Virus record (IMG/VR): IMGVR_UViG_3300027898_000003
Coordinates: 1-56,910 of that record
Direction: 5' to 3' (one strand)
From: a virus
Length of the DNA: 56,910 nt
Shown: positions 50,043-56,910 of the stretch, one piece after another
How the letters are laid out: each line of letters opens with the position of its first letter
Numbering within the stretch: the stretch's first letter is position 1
Made by a program: the position numbers and the translations under genes
Notes under the pieces: generated by a model
The model's input: only the letters and a program-made list of their open reading frames with translations
The model's database searches: none
What the model was told of the DNA's origin: nothing

Positions 50043-50164
50043 TCGCTGGCTTTCCACATCATGTTGTACAACGTTCGACCAGCGATAAAACTGTCCGCGT
50101 ACATCTGCCAGACAACACCTGCAACGATGGCAGGTGACGACAACAAAATAAAAACAAATTTCAT
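50039..50164 (-). CDS. tiny membrane peptide (41 aa), not in ORF track
   Basis: GGAG 5 nt upstream. MKFVFILLSSPAIVAGVVWQMYADSFIAGRTLYNMMWKASE. ATGA overlaps at both ends. Confidence 0.45.
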   Translation of the reverse strand: MKFVFILLSSPAIVAGVVWQMYADSFIAGRTLYNMMWKASE

Positions 50165-50322
50165 AATGACTCCAATTCACGTAAACGATAGTAACGACCA
50201 CCCAACAAAACACGCGTCAACCCAACACGCAACCACAAATTATTGACGGTCATGACGTGTTCTTCGGGTAAATCCATTTTGAGCAAAATGGTTACAAAGT
50301 CAAACTTGCTTTCTGTGTTCAC
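50161..50322 (-). CDS. small ORF (53 aa), not in ORF track
   Basis: GTG start 5 nt after AAGGAG. GTGA overlap with the stop of 50319..50975 and ATGA overlap downstream. Confidence 0.4.
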   Translation of the reverse strand: MNTESKFDFVTILLKMDLPEEHVMTVNNLWLRVGLTRVLLGGRYYRLRELESL

Positions 50323-50975
50323 TTTTTCTCCTTATAGTACGCACACGATTTCACTGGACACCAACCATTGCAGAGCCCAGATGGTTTTGCAGGCCATTTG
50401 TTTTCTTGATACGCACGCTCCATTCTACGTACGCGTGGCATAAATTCCTGCCAGATAATAGGGACGCCGGAGTCAGCGGCGATGGTGTTGTTGGTAAACT
50501 TTTTCTCACGCAACCACACAAACGATGTCTTGATCGTTTGTATGTCTGGCCAATATGCTTTGGCATACGCTGCGTACAAATCAAGCTGCTCAGTGGGCTT
50601 CTTTTTGCCGGTCTTCCAATCCACAATCAGCACCGTGGTTTTGTATTTGACAACCAAATCAGCAATGCCACGTGACCACGCTGTTTTCCACTCAGTAGGC
50701 TGCAAGCTGTGCGCCAATGCGAACTTGTGTTCTACAAACTTTTTTCCGGGCAACGCTGCAAACTTAGATGCCAGTCCTTGCCATTGCGTCATTCCTTCAG
50801 GCATCGGTGTACCGTGCAATAACAAAGCTTCAAATGCTGAGTGAACACGTTCGCCCCATAACGTAGCTTCAGTTGGCGGCTCAACATAATTCATGGCCAC
50901 CTTGGTTTCATAAAACTGTTTAGGGCATGTTTCAAACTTGTCGAGTCGGCTGTACGTCCATGCGGGGTTAGTCAT
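50319..50975 (-). CDS. PD-(D/E)XK nuclease, Cas4/DUF2800-like
   Basis: N-terminal Cys (FETCP), the core IADLVV...IVDWKTGKK, and the C-terminal Cys cluster CNGWCPVKSC. Confidence 0.75.
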   Translation of the reverse strand: MTNPAWTYSRLDKFETCPKQFYETKVAMNYVEPPTEATLWGERVHSAFEALLLHGTPMPEGMTQWQGLASKFAALPGKKFVEHKFALAHSLQPTEWKTAWSRGIADLVVKYKTTVLIVDWKTGKKKPTEQLDLYAAYAKAYWPDIQTIKTSFVWLREKKFTNNTIAADSGVPIIWQEFMPRVRRMERAYQENKWPAKPSGLCNGWCPVKSCAYYKEKK

Positions 50976-51144
50976 CGTCTTGCTCTTTTAATAAAACGTG
51001 TTTGGCCAATTCCAAAATTCCTAATGCTTCGACCACTTTTAACCGAGGTCGAACTTCGTACAAAAGGTTACGTACTTTGTCAACTAATTCTCCGTGATCT
51101 ATTTTTGAATTAGCTGTTGGTAACAATTTAATTTCACTCATCAT
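50968..51144 (-). CDS. hypothetical protein (58 aa)
   Basis: Internal ATG (MMSEIK) of track ORF 50968..51198. Confidence 0.45.
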   Translation of the reverse strand: MMSEIKLLPTANSKIDHGELVDKVRNLLYEVRPRLKVVEALGILELAKHVLLKEQDDD

Positions 51145-51229
51145 CTTGTCCAAAAATAATGTACAAAAAAGGCACAAGCGCCAACGCAAACACGCCAAGG
51201 TTTAGCAACATTTGCCAGTCGATGTTCAT
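51134..51229 (-). CDS. tiny membrane peptide (31 aa), not in ORF track
   Basis: Codon-by-codon hand translation gives MNIDWQMLLNLGVFALALVPFLYIIFGQDDE. ATGA overlap with the upstream stop. Confidence 0.45.
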   Translation of the reverse strand: MNIDWQMLLNLGVFALALVPFLYIIFGQDDE

Positions 51230-51474
51230 GCATGCTCCAGTGCGTAAGTAACAACAAGATACTGACACACTTCGTACGTCATTGTCATTGGCTGCCCCCA
51301 CATGTGCAAGTCTATTAGGTCACCGGGTTTACACTCTTTGAGTTTTACCGATAGCGCGGGCAACACAAACGAGAGTCTGTGCACAATGGACGACGGCACT
51401 TCACTAAGCTGGTTAATCTTAGCAATATGGTAGTGGTCGTGCAAAATGTGATGTCGGTCAATGAGCTTCGCCAT
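51226..51474 (-). CDS. hypothetical protein (82 aa)
   Basis: ATG 51474 after GGAGACACTT. Internal start of track ORF 51226..51498. Confidence 0.5.
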   Translation of the reverse strand: MAKLIDRHHILHDHYHIAKINQLSEVPSSIVHRLSFVLPALSVKLKECKPGDLIDLHMWGQPMTMTYEVCQYLVVTYALEHA

Positions 51475-53422
51475 AAGTGTCTCCAATTCCAGATTCACTC
51501 CAAGTCACCAAGTCGGGCCACCATACAGGCGGTGTGCGCATGGCATCGTCAAGCTTTTCACGGATTTCTTCTGCCCGAGCTTTCTCAATTACCAGCACAT
51601 ACTCGTCGTGTACCAGTAACGCAGGCTTGACATCGTACTGCTTGTACATGCGCCGCACAACAGACCTCAAGCAATCAGCAGCCAACGCTTGCACGATGTT
51701 CTCGTCGACCTTTCCAGCATAAATTCGGGCCCGGTTGCGGCCTTCGCCGTAAATCCATTCTTTTTTGCCATCTGTACCAACCTCACGATGCAGCCCGGGG
51801 TACCAAATTTTGCGGCCGCTGGGAAGCTGAATGTGATCTTTGCCTGTGGTACATAGCCCCCATGGGTCAATCGCGCTCTCACGCCCGTTTGCAATGTCTG
51901 TCAGGGCATCGTGGCAGGTACGCCAGCCTGCAGCAATCTCGCTGTATTCTTCGCGCCACGTTTCCACAACGGTCTTGGCTTCTTCCAGCTCCATATCCAC
52001 ACCGCCCATCATCTTAGCAATGCGTTGAAACGTGCCGGGCCCGGCGCCAAAACCCAACCCAAGGTGAGCGATCTTGCCGATCTGACGCTGCTGCTTAGTA
52101 ACGTCAGCCTTGTTGGGAACCGTGTACAAATTAGCGGCAAACTCACGATACAGGTCTGCTTTAGCTGGGTCAGCCTGAAACAAATTTATACTGGAGCGCA
52201 CTTGCCATAGAAAATGGTTGACGCGCAATTCAATCCCCGACAAGTCTGAAGTCACTACTTTGTATCCGTCTGGCGCGCGCAAGCTGTTGCGTAGTGCATC
52301 AGACATCTTGGGTTTGGTCGGGTCAATGCGTGGCAAATTCTGTGGGTTAAAAATTTCACCACTCCAGCGACCAGTGGTGGTTGCTCCGCAATAACGCAAC
52401 GGCATCGGCAGATAACCTTTGAGCCTGCCAGACGCTTGCAAAAATGCATTAATGCGGGTTTCCAGTAATGTGCTTTTGGCTTCTAACCGGGCCCGGGCAG
52501 CGCAGGCCACTACGGGGTCGTCATGCTCTTGCAAATCCAAAAACGTTTGGTCGGTTTTCGAGAGCGCCGGTATCATCTTGCTAGGGTCTGACGGCGACTG
52601 TTTCATGGGAACGTCCACGCTGCGATTAACAAGTATCTCACTGAACTTGGCAGCAGACATCAACTGCGTGCGTGTAAATTCTTCTAGCTTGCCACCTTCA
52701 AAAACGATGGTTGCTACCTCGTCTGGGTCCAGCAGCATTTGAGCGAGCTCTTTCAGTGAGCGCAACTTTTCTTCCTGCACTTTGACCAACGTGGTTTGCA
52801 GCAAACCCTTGTCAACAACAAACTGTGGCTCTGTCAGCATGCGCGTTGTCAAATCGATCTGCAGCAATTCCGCTGCCGGTGTTTCGCGGGCCAAAATTTT
52901 GAACAGACCGCAACACTGCTCTGTGTCCGTCTTGTTGTATATGCCCATCAAGCGGATTTCTTCGGGCGTAAAGTGCTTGAGATTTTTACCCTTGGTGTTG
53001 AGCAACGCCGAGTTGTCTTTGACTCCGCTGATGCCCATGGCTTGAAGTTGCGGTGCAAAGTGCGCAACCAGTTTACCAAGCGAGCCGCCAACGCTTGCGT
53101 TGTATTTGGAACGTGCCATAGCCAACGTGCATCCCCACATGGCCGGGTTGACACCAAAACGCCACGACAAAATCAACGCATCAAACCCTGACATATTGTG
53201 GCCGATCGCCATGGACTTCGACCAGTCAACCGTCTTGAGTATTCGACGAATTTCTGCGTCGCCAAAATACACCATCGTGGCTGCGTTGTGACCTACCTTC
53301 ATCGACAACGAAATAATTTCCGTGTCTGGATGCATGACGTACTCGATGTTGGTCATCTTGGAAAGTGTGTGCGTGGCCGACCAAAACGACTCAAAATCAA
53401 GGTAAACGGGAGTAAGTTTCAT
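51458..53422 (-). CDS. family A DNA polymerase with 3'-5' exonuclease domain
   Basis: Exo I YLDFESF. Motif A DLSGIELRV. Motif B RQIGKIAHLGLGFG. Motif C LLVHDEYV. Confidence 0.92.
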   Translation of the reverse strand: MKLTPVYLDFESFWSATHTLSKMTNIEYVMHPDTEIISLSMKVGHNAATMVYFGDAEIRRILKTVDWSKSMAIGHNMSGFDALILSWRFGVNPAMWGCTLAMARSKYNASVGGSLGKLVAHFAPQLQAMGISGVKDNSALLNTKGKNLKHFTPEEIRLMGIYNKTDTEQCCGLFKILARETPAAELLQIDLTTRMLTEPQFVVDKGLLQTTLVKVQEEKLRSLKELAQMLLDPDEVATIVFEGGKLEEFTRTQLMSAAKFSEILVNRSVDVPMKQSPSDPSKMIPALSKTDQTFLDLQEHDDPVVACAARARLEAKSTLLETRINAFLQASGRLKGYLPMPLRYCGATTTGRWSGEIFNPQNLPRIDPTKPKMSDALRNSLRAPDGYKVVTSDLSGIELRVNHFLWQVRSSINLFQADPAKADLYREFAANLYTVPNKADVTKQQRQIGKIAHLGLGFGAGPGTFQRIAKMMGGVDMELEEAKTVVETWREEYSEIAAGWRTCHDALTDIANGRESAIDPWGLCTTGKDHIQLPSGRKIWYPGLHREVGTDGKKEWIYGEGRNRARIYAGKVDENIVQALAADCLRSVVRRMYKQYDVKPALLVHDEYVLVIEKARAEEIREKLDDAMRTPPVWWPDLVTWSESGIGDTYGEAH

Positions 53423-53697
53423 GTTTCAAGTTCCTTGGTTACTAAGTACGCCAGTATCGCGCGCACACCTGATTCAACAGATTCAGCGCCAACGCACAGC
53501 ATGGGTAAATTTGAATGCCCGCGTTGGTTAGTTATTGACAAGATATACCCATTTTCAAGTTTGGCAATGTCAAGGCGAACAGATTGCGTCACAGGCAAAG
53601 TCAATGCTTGATACGATACGTTACTGTTGTTATTGAACGCCCATTCACCGGGCGCTGTGAAATAATCGCCTTCACGCATAGTTTTAGGCGCGCTCAT
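53419..53697 (-). CDS. small protein, member of a 3-copy paralog family
   Basis: LDIAKLENGYILSITNQRG...CVGAESVESGVRAILAYLV. Confidence 0.55.
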   Translation of the reverse strand: MSAPKTMREGDYFTAPGEWAFNNNSNVSYQALTLPVTQSVRLDIAKLENGYILSITNQRGHSNLPMLCVGAESVESGVRAILAYLVTKELET

Positions 53698-53975
53698 TTC
53701 AACCTCGCAGACACAATAGCGGTTGTCACAGTAGCCATCAAATCTTCGCCATCGGGCACGATATAAATTTCCATATCGTTTTTGTCAGGCCCGTTGAAAT
53801 TGGCGGTGTGCCGGTTGTACACCACGATCTTGCCGTTGACGGCTGTGATGATTTCAAAGTAATTGCGCGACAACATACCGGGAATAAGCTGGTTACCTCG
53901 GGTACTGGGCGCTGACGGCACCCCGTAATTTTCTTTAGGCGCAAGGCCAAGCCAGCGAAGAATCCATTGTTTCAT
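53694..53975 (-). CDS. small protein, member of a 3-copy paralog family
   Basis: FEIITAVNGKIVVYNRH...IYIVPDGEDLMATVTTAIVSARLK. Confidence 0.55.
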   Translation of the reverse strand: MKQWILRWLGLAPKENYGVPSAPSTRGNQLIPGMLSRNYFEIITAVNGKIVVYNRHTANFNGPDKNDMEIYIVPDGEDLMATVTTAIVSARLK

Positions 53976-54099
53976 GGTGTTTCCTTAAGTAATGGGCAGG
54001 GTGGCACTCTTTAGGTGTTTTGTTGGTGGGACACAATGCATCGTACAAACACGACCCTAGCGTAAAAACAATCAGTAAACCGGTGGCTAACCGAATCAC
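53935..54099 (-). CDS. possible small lipoprotein (54 aa)
   Basis: GTG start in a GTGA overlap with the DUF3310 stop. VIRLATGLLIVFTLGSCLYD has a lipobox-like LGSC. Weak RBS and a 41-nt overlap with the next gene. Confidence 0.3.
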   Translation of the reverse strand: MIRLATGLLIVFTLGSCLYDALCPTNKTPKECHPAHYLRKHHETMDSSLAWPCA

Positions 54100-54317
54100 G
54101 ATTTCAATACTTCCAGCAGCTTTTCCATGTAGTGCTGGGCTTTTTCCAAATCTTGGATACCGCCTTTGTCGTTGCAACGCATCGTGTACTTGATGACGTT
54201 GCCACGCAGGAAACCCACGAATTCTTCCTTGGACATGCACGATTCCATGGCTTCCCACGGTTGCACGCGTTTGCTGTTGTAGTGGTTACCACCCACTTGT
54301 TTTTCGTTGGCGCGCAT
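54096..54317 (-). CDS. DUF3310-family protein
   Basis: QVGGNHY ... QPWEAME ... GNVIKYTMRCNDKGG..DLEKAQHY matches the DUF3310 pattern. Confidence 0.75.
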   Translation of the reverse strand: MRANEKQVGGNHYNSKRVQPWEAMESCMSKEEFVGFLRGNVIKYTMRCNDKGGIQDLEKAQHYMEKLLEVLKS

Positions 54318-54320
54318 TGA

Positions 54321-54611
54321 TTACTCCAGTTTTAAATTGACTAGTGCTACCCGAATGACATCAATCAACGATTGATCAGGAGTAACAATGTAGTCCCGGT
54401 TGTTAACTGTGATGATGCGACCGTTCTCGACTTCACGGATTCGGATGATGACTTCATGGTTGGTCTCCATGCTCATCGTTTGTTGTGCCAGTATGCTTTT
54501 AATGGCTTGAGAATGCGTCTTCTGCATGGCAGAAGACATTGCTGTTGTGGTACTGTTGAGGTATTGGCCAACAGAAATGTTGTTAGCTAAGCTTGGTAAG
54601 TTCGGGTCCAT
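54321..54611 (-). CDS. small protein, member of a 3-copy paralog family
   Basis: EVIIRIREVENGRIITVNNRDYIVTPDQSLIDVIRVALVNLKLE. Confidence 0.55.
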   Translation of the reverse strand: MDPNLPSLANNISVGQYLNSTTTAMSSAMQKTHSQAIKSILAQQTMSMETNHEVIIRIREVENGRIITVNNRDYIVTPDQSLIDVIRVALVNLKLE

Positions 54612-54762
54612 GAGTGTCCTCAGTTAAAAAATCTTTGCTGATAAGTTGAATCTCTGTCATGACTTCTTCCAGACGCAAACCTAGCTCGCGTTCGAGTGGA
54701 GTGGTTACACCATCGCGGCATAGCCTCACAAGTTGCCAGTTGGTCATGGGTGAGTACGTCAT
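54586..54762 (-). CDS. possible small ORF (58 aa), not in ORF track
   Basis: Fills the gap 54612-54798. MTYSPMTNWQLVRLCRDGVTTPLERELGLRLEEVMTEIQLISKDF... Weak RBS. Confidence 0.3.
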
Positions 54763-54798
54763 GCCTGTGTTTGTACTGTAGCGGCGCGTAGTTGCCTA

Positions 54799-55002
54799 TC
54801 AGGGTTTACCCGATCTTTCTTTATCCATGTTGCGTTTTGGTAACGGTAGCCAGCCAATGCAAAATGACGGGTCCCACGGGCCGGTCGTGTGTATACCGCC
54901 CTTGGTAAGCAATTGCACTTTGGCGCCTTTGCGGGGCTCAGGGTCGCCTACGTGTGGGTACAAATATTCTCCACCTTCAATGCCTGCTTGATAGTCGGTC
55001 AT
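54799..55002 (-). CDS. hypothetical protein (67 aa)
   Basis: Internal ATG (MTDYQAG) of track ORF 54799..55104, with an ATGA overlap to 54999..55205. Confidence 0.5.
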   Translation of the reverse strand: MTDYQAGIEGGEYLYPHVGDPEPRKGAKVQLLTKGGIHTTGPWDPSFCIGWLPLPKRNMDKERSGKP

Positions 55003-55205
55003 CGACGTTCCTTGTCTGTGTAATTTTGCAACCGCGCATGTTTGGGTATTCCGCCGTCTATTGCAGTTTCTTTGGTGGTGTAAAGGTAACTGCAATCTTT
55101 GCATTTTCGAGTGCGATAGATTGCATCTTCAGCCGCCCGGGTTTCTTTCACGTAAATTTTTCCACCGCAGTTGCATCGGTAACGCATGCTGCTAATTACT
55201 GGCAT
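54999..55205 (-). CDS. zinc-ribbon protein, Ogr/Delta- or NrdR-N-terminal-like (candidate transcription factor)
   Basis: CNCGG ... (22 aa) ... CKDC, followed by YTTKE. Confidence 0.5.
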   Translation of the reverse strand: MPVISSMRYRCNCGGKIYVKETRAAEDAIYRTRKCKDCSYLYTTKETAIDGGIPKHARLQNYTDKERR

Positions 55206-55855
55206 TGTTCTTTCGCTCCTATGTTGTGATGCTTTTCAGCAAACTCAATTCCAACTTTAAAGGCCGCTGCTAAAGTCTGATAGCTTCCAATACCAAGACT
55301 CCTGCAACCTTCGGTAATTTGGACGGTAGTCAGCGGCTCCCGCAGCCTATCGCGCTCGGCCTCTGCTTTTTCCCGCAACAGATATTCAGACTTTGCGTAG
55401 TCCTGCGACTTTGCCAAATCAACGGCAAGCGCATCGCGCTCGGCTGTGAGTGCGGCCCTTACTTCATCGTCCTGCTGTGCCACTTTTAGATACTCATCTT
55501 CCATGCGTTGACGTATCTCGCGTTGCTTCGCCACAGCCGCTGCCACTGCTTCGCGGCATTGGTCGAGGGTGACGAATTTGACAACAGAAAAACCTATTTC
55601 TTTATCTTCTTCGTCAAGGACAAGCCTCCCGACTTTTGCCATTTGAAAATAACCGCGTTTGTCGCTGTGGATACACTCTGCCACTGGCTCTGGCATCTCC
55701 ACACCCGCTAGTTCTTCAAGGTGTGCGGCTTTGATGGCGGCGACTGCCCCAAGCAATTTAGTACGCTCATGGCTCGCTTGTTCGCTATCTGGATCGCCAG
55801 ATTTGTATGTTGCAACAGCGTACGCATCAGCCAGTTCAATAATTGATTTGGTCAT
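55196..55855 (-). CDS. hypothetical protein with HNIGAKE C-terminal module
   Basis: Start ATG 55855 after AGGAGAGTCGA (ATGA overlap with the Lar-like gene). C-terminus FKVGIEFAEKHHNIGAKEQCQ. Confidence 0.6.
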   Translation of the reverse strand: MTKSIIELADAYAVATYKSGDPDSEQASHERTKLLGAVAAIKAAHLEELAGVEMPEPVAECIHSDKRGYFQMAKVGRLVLDEEDKEIGFSVVKFVTLDQCREAVAAAVAKQREIRQRMEDEYLKVAQQDDEVRAALTAERDALAVDLAKSQDYAKSEYLLREKAEAERDRLREPLTTVQITEGCRSLGIGSYQTLAAAFKVGIEFAEKHHNIGAKEQCQ

Positions 55856-56067
55856 TCGACTCTCCTGTTCCATGCTTCAACCACTAAATCATTACGGTAA
55901 CGATTAGGCACACTTGCTCCACACCCTCTGCAATTAACTGCAAAGATTTCATCACCAGCGTGAAATGTGTTTGATGGGCCGGAATAGCTCGCCGATACGT
56001 TGCCAATATCATTGCTTCCGCAAAACGGGCATGGTTTCAATTCTTCCGGTTTGGCGCGTGTGTTCAT
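55852..56067 (-). CDS. Lar-family restriction alleviation protein
   Basis: LKPCPFCGS ... VNCRGCGA ... EAWNRR is the Lar family signature. Confidence 0.7.
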   Translation of the reverse strand: MNTRAKPEELKPCPFCGSNDIGNVSASYSGPSNTFHAGDEIFAVNCRGCGASVPNRYRNDLVVEAWNRRVE

Positions 56068-56345
56068 TGTTCTTTCGTTCCTATGTTGTGCTGCTTTTCA
56101 GCAAAGCGAACGCCATCCTTAAAACCATTCCGATACATGCTTACGTCACCGTTATCGCATTTACGCAAATAATTTCCAATTCTTGTTTGTGTCAGCGGCT
56201 CCCGCTTTGCCACGGACTCTATATGGGCTATCAACGCATCTAAATGCCGAGCGGAATCCAAGTCTCGTAAATTTCCTTCCGGACTTACGTAGATTTTCTT
56301 CAAGTACGCTGACATGCTCTTGGCTTTTTCAATAACGTCGGTCAT
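56064..56345 (-). CDS. hypothetical protein with HNIGTKE C-terminal module
   Basis: C-terminus FKDGVRFAEKQHNIGTKEQ. Confidence 0.6.
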   Translation of the reverse strand: MTDVIEKAKSMSAYLKKIYVSPEGNLRDLDSARHLDALIAHIESVAKREPLTQTRIGNYLRKCDNGDVSMYRNGFKDGVRFAEKQHNIGTKEQ

Positions 56346-56346
56346 A

Positions 56347-56427
56347 TTAATTCCTCATGTAATTCATAAAAACAATCAGCACAACAAGTACAACTATTAC
56401 AATAGTTCCAATAAACAATTCGGTCAT
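56347..56427 (-). CDS. tiny membrane peptide (26 aa), not in ORF track
   Basis: MTELFIGTIVIVVLVVLIVFMNYMRN. ATGA overlap with the upstream stop. Its stop is 1 nt before ATG 56345. Confidence 0.4.
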   Translation of the reverse strand: MTELFIGTIVIVVLVVLIVFMNYMRN

Positions 56428-56910
56428 TCTTTCGCTCCTATGTTGTGGATGGCATTCCAAGCATCCAAGTCAAACGTGCCTGCATCGTCCATGCGGCTTG
56501 CCAATGTCCGTGAAATACCGTACAGATTGCGTTGCATTTCTGTAATTGCCGTCAATGCATCACGGGCTTCCTGAAACAGTGGCATCACCATTTGTAATTT
56601 GGCAAGCATGTATTTAGGTGGAAGCCCCGCGTCCTCTTGCGGCTCCCGCTTTTCTGCGGGTGTGGTGGTGTAGAGAGGCTTCCAATCGCCCAAAGTGGTA
56701 TTTGGTTTTTGGGTATCCCATTCCAAATCGACAACATCACCATGCTCTTTTATGTACCACGCCACTGGCTCACTCACTGCACCCTTTGCTTCTGCGGGTG
56801 GGGTGGTGTAGAGCTTTTGTCCGACATACTTGGAAACATCAAAGTAACCGCCCTTTCCATCTTGCAGATAGACCTGTCCCGCACCATTCCGCACCACTTG
56901 CGCCACAGGC
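56424..56910 (-). CDS. 3' (C-terminal) part of the junction-spanning gene (see 1..389)
   Basis: The open frame runs to the window edge and continues in frame at base 91. C-terminus DAWNAIHNIGAKE. Confidence 0.7.
   Translation of the reverse strand, partial: PVAQVVRNGAGQVYLQDGKGGYFDVSKYVGQKLYTTPPAEAKGAVSEPVAWYIKEHGDVVDLEWDTQKPNTTLGDWKPLYTTTPAEKREPQEDAGLPPKYMLAKLQMVMPLFQEARDALTAITEMQRNLYGISRTLASRMDDAGTFDLDAWNAIHNIGAKE
56821..56910. repeat. second copy of the 90-bp terminal redundancy
   Basis: Identical to bases 1-90. Confidence 0.95.

Noticed and set aside
1-56910. CRISPR arrays, integrase/repressor lysogeny module, rRNA/tRNA genes
   Set aside because: I found no regularly spaced direct repeats, no tyrosine or serine recombinase motifs, and no RNA-gene signatures on either strand.

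Overview
The window is a complete, circularly closed genome of a tailed dsDNA phage. Bases 1-90 are identical to 56821-56910, so there are about 56,820 unique bp. It looks podovirus-like and lytic: I found no tape-measure or sheath genes, integrase, RNA polymerase, tRNA or CRISPR array.

Two transcription blocks diverge from one 565-bp non-coding control region (11806-12370) and converge on a hairpin terminator near 43.0 kb.

- **Leftward block (minus strand, 11805 down to 1, wrapping to 56820 down to 43078).** It first encodes about 35 small early genes. These include an HNH-AP2 endonuclease, a MoxR-type AAA+ ATPase with a metallopeptidase-VWA partner, six paralogous Cys-rich miniproteins, a Lar-like restriction-alleviation protein and an Ogr-like zinc finger. 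The replication module follows: family A DNA polymerase, prim-pol/SF3 helicase fusion, SNF2 helicase, VRR-NUC, Cas4-like PD-(D/E)XK nuclease and a zinc-type SSB.
- **Rightward block (12371-43010).** It encodes TerS/TerL, portal, scaffold, major capsid protein, four tail-fibre genes, an embedded lysis cassette, and 11.6 kb of low-complexity internal/ejection proteins ending in a 2469-aa protein with an HExxH motif. The lysis cassette holds holin-like proteins, a YkuD/Tlde1-like peptidase and a nested Rz/Rz1 spanin pair.

Genes are very tightly packed, with many ATGA/GTGA stop-start overlaps. Following that rule exposes about 10 tiny ORFs below the ORF-track cutoff, mostly single-TM peptides plus a lipoprotein.

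The most unusual signals lie at the DNA level:
- an oriented 11-mer, CA[GA]CACTGGTC, present 9 times and always on the sense strand;
- a dense array of CACTNAGTG palindromes at 10.3-11.2 kb, next to an origin-like AT-rich/iteron region;
- a highly structured control region with mutually exclusive pairings.

All functional names come from motifs I recognised by eye. No database search was run.
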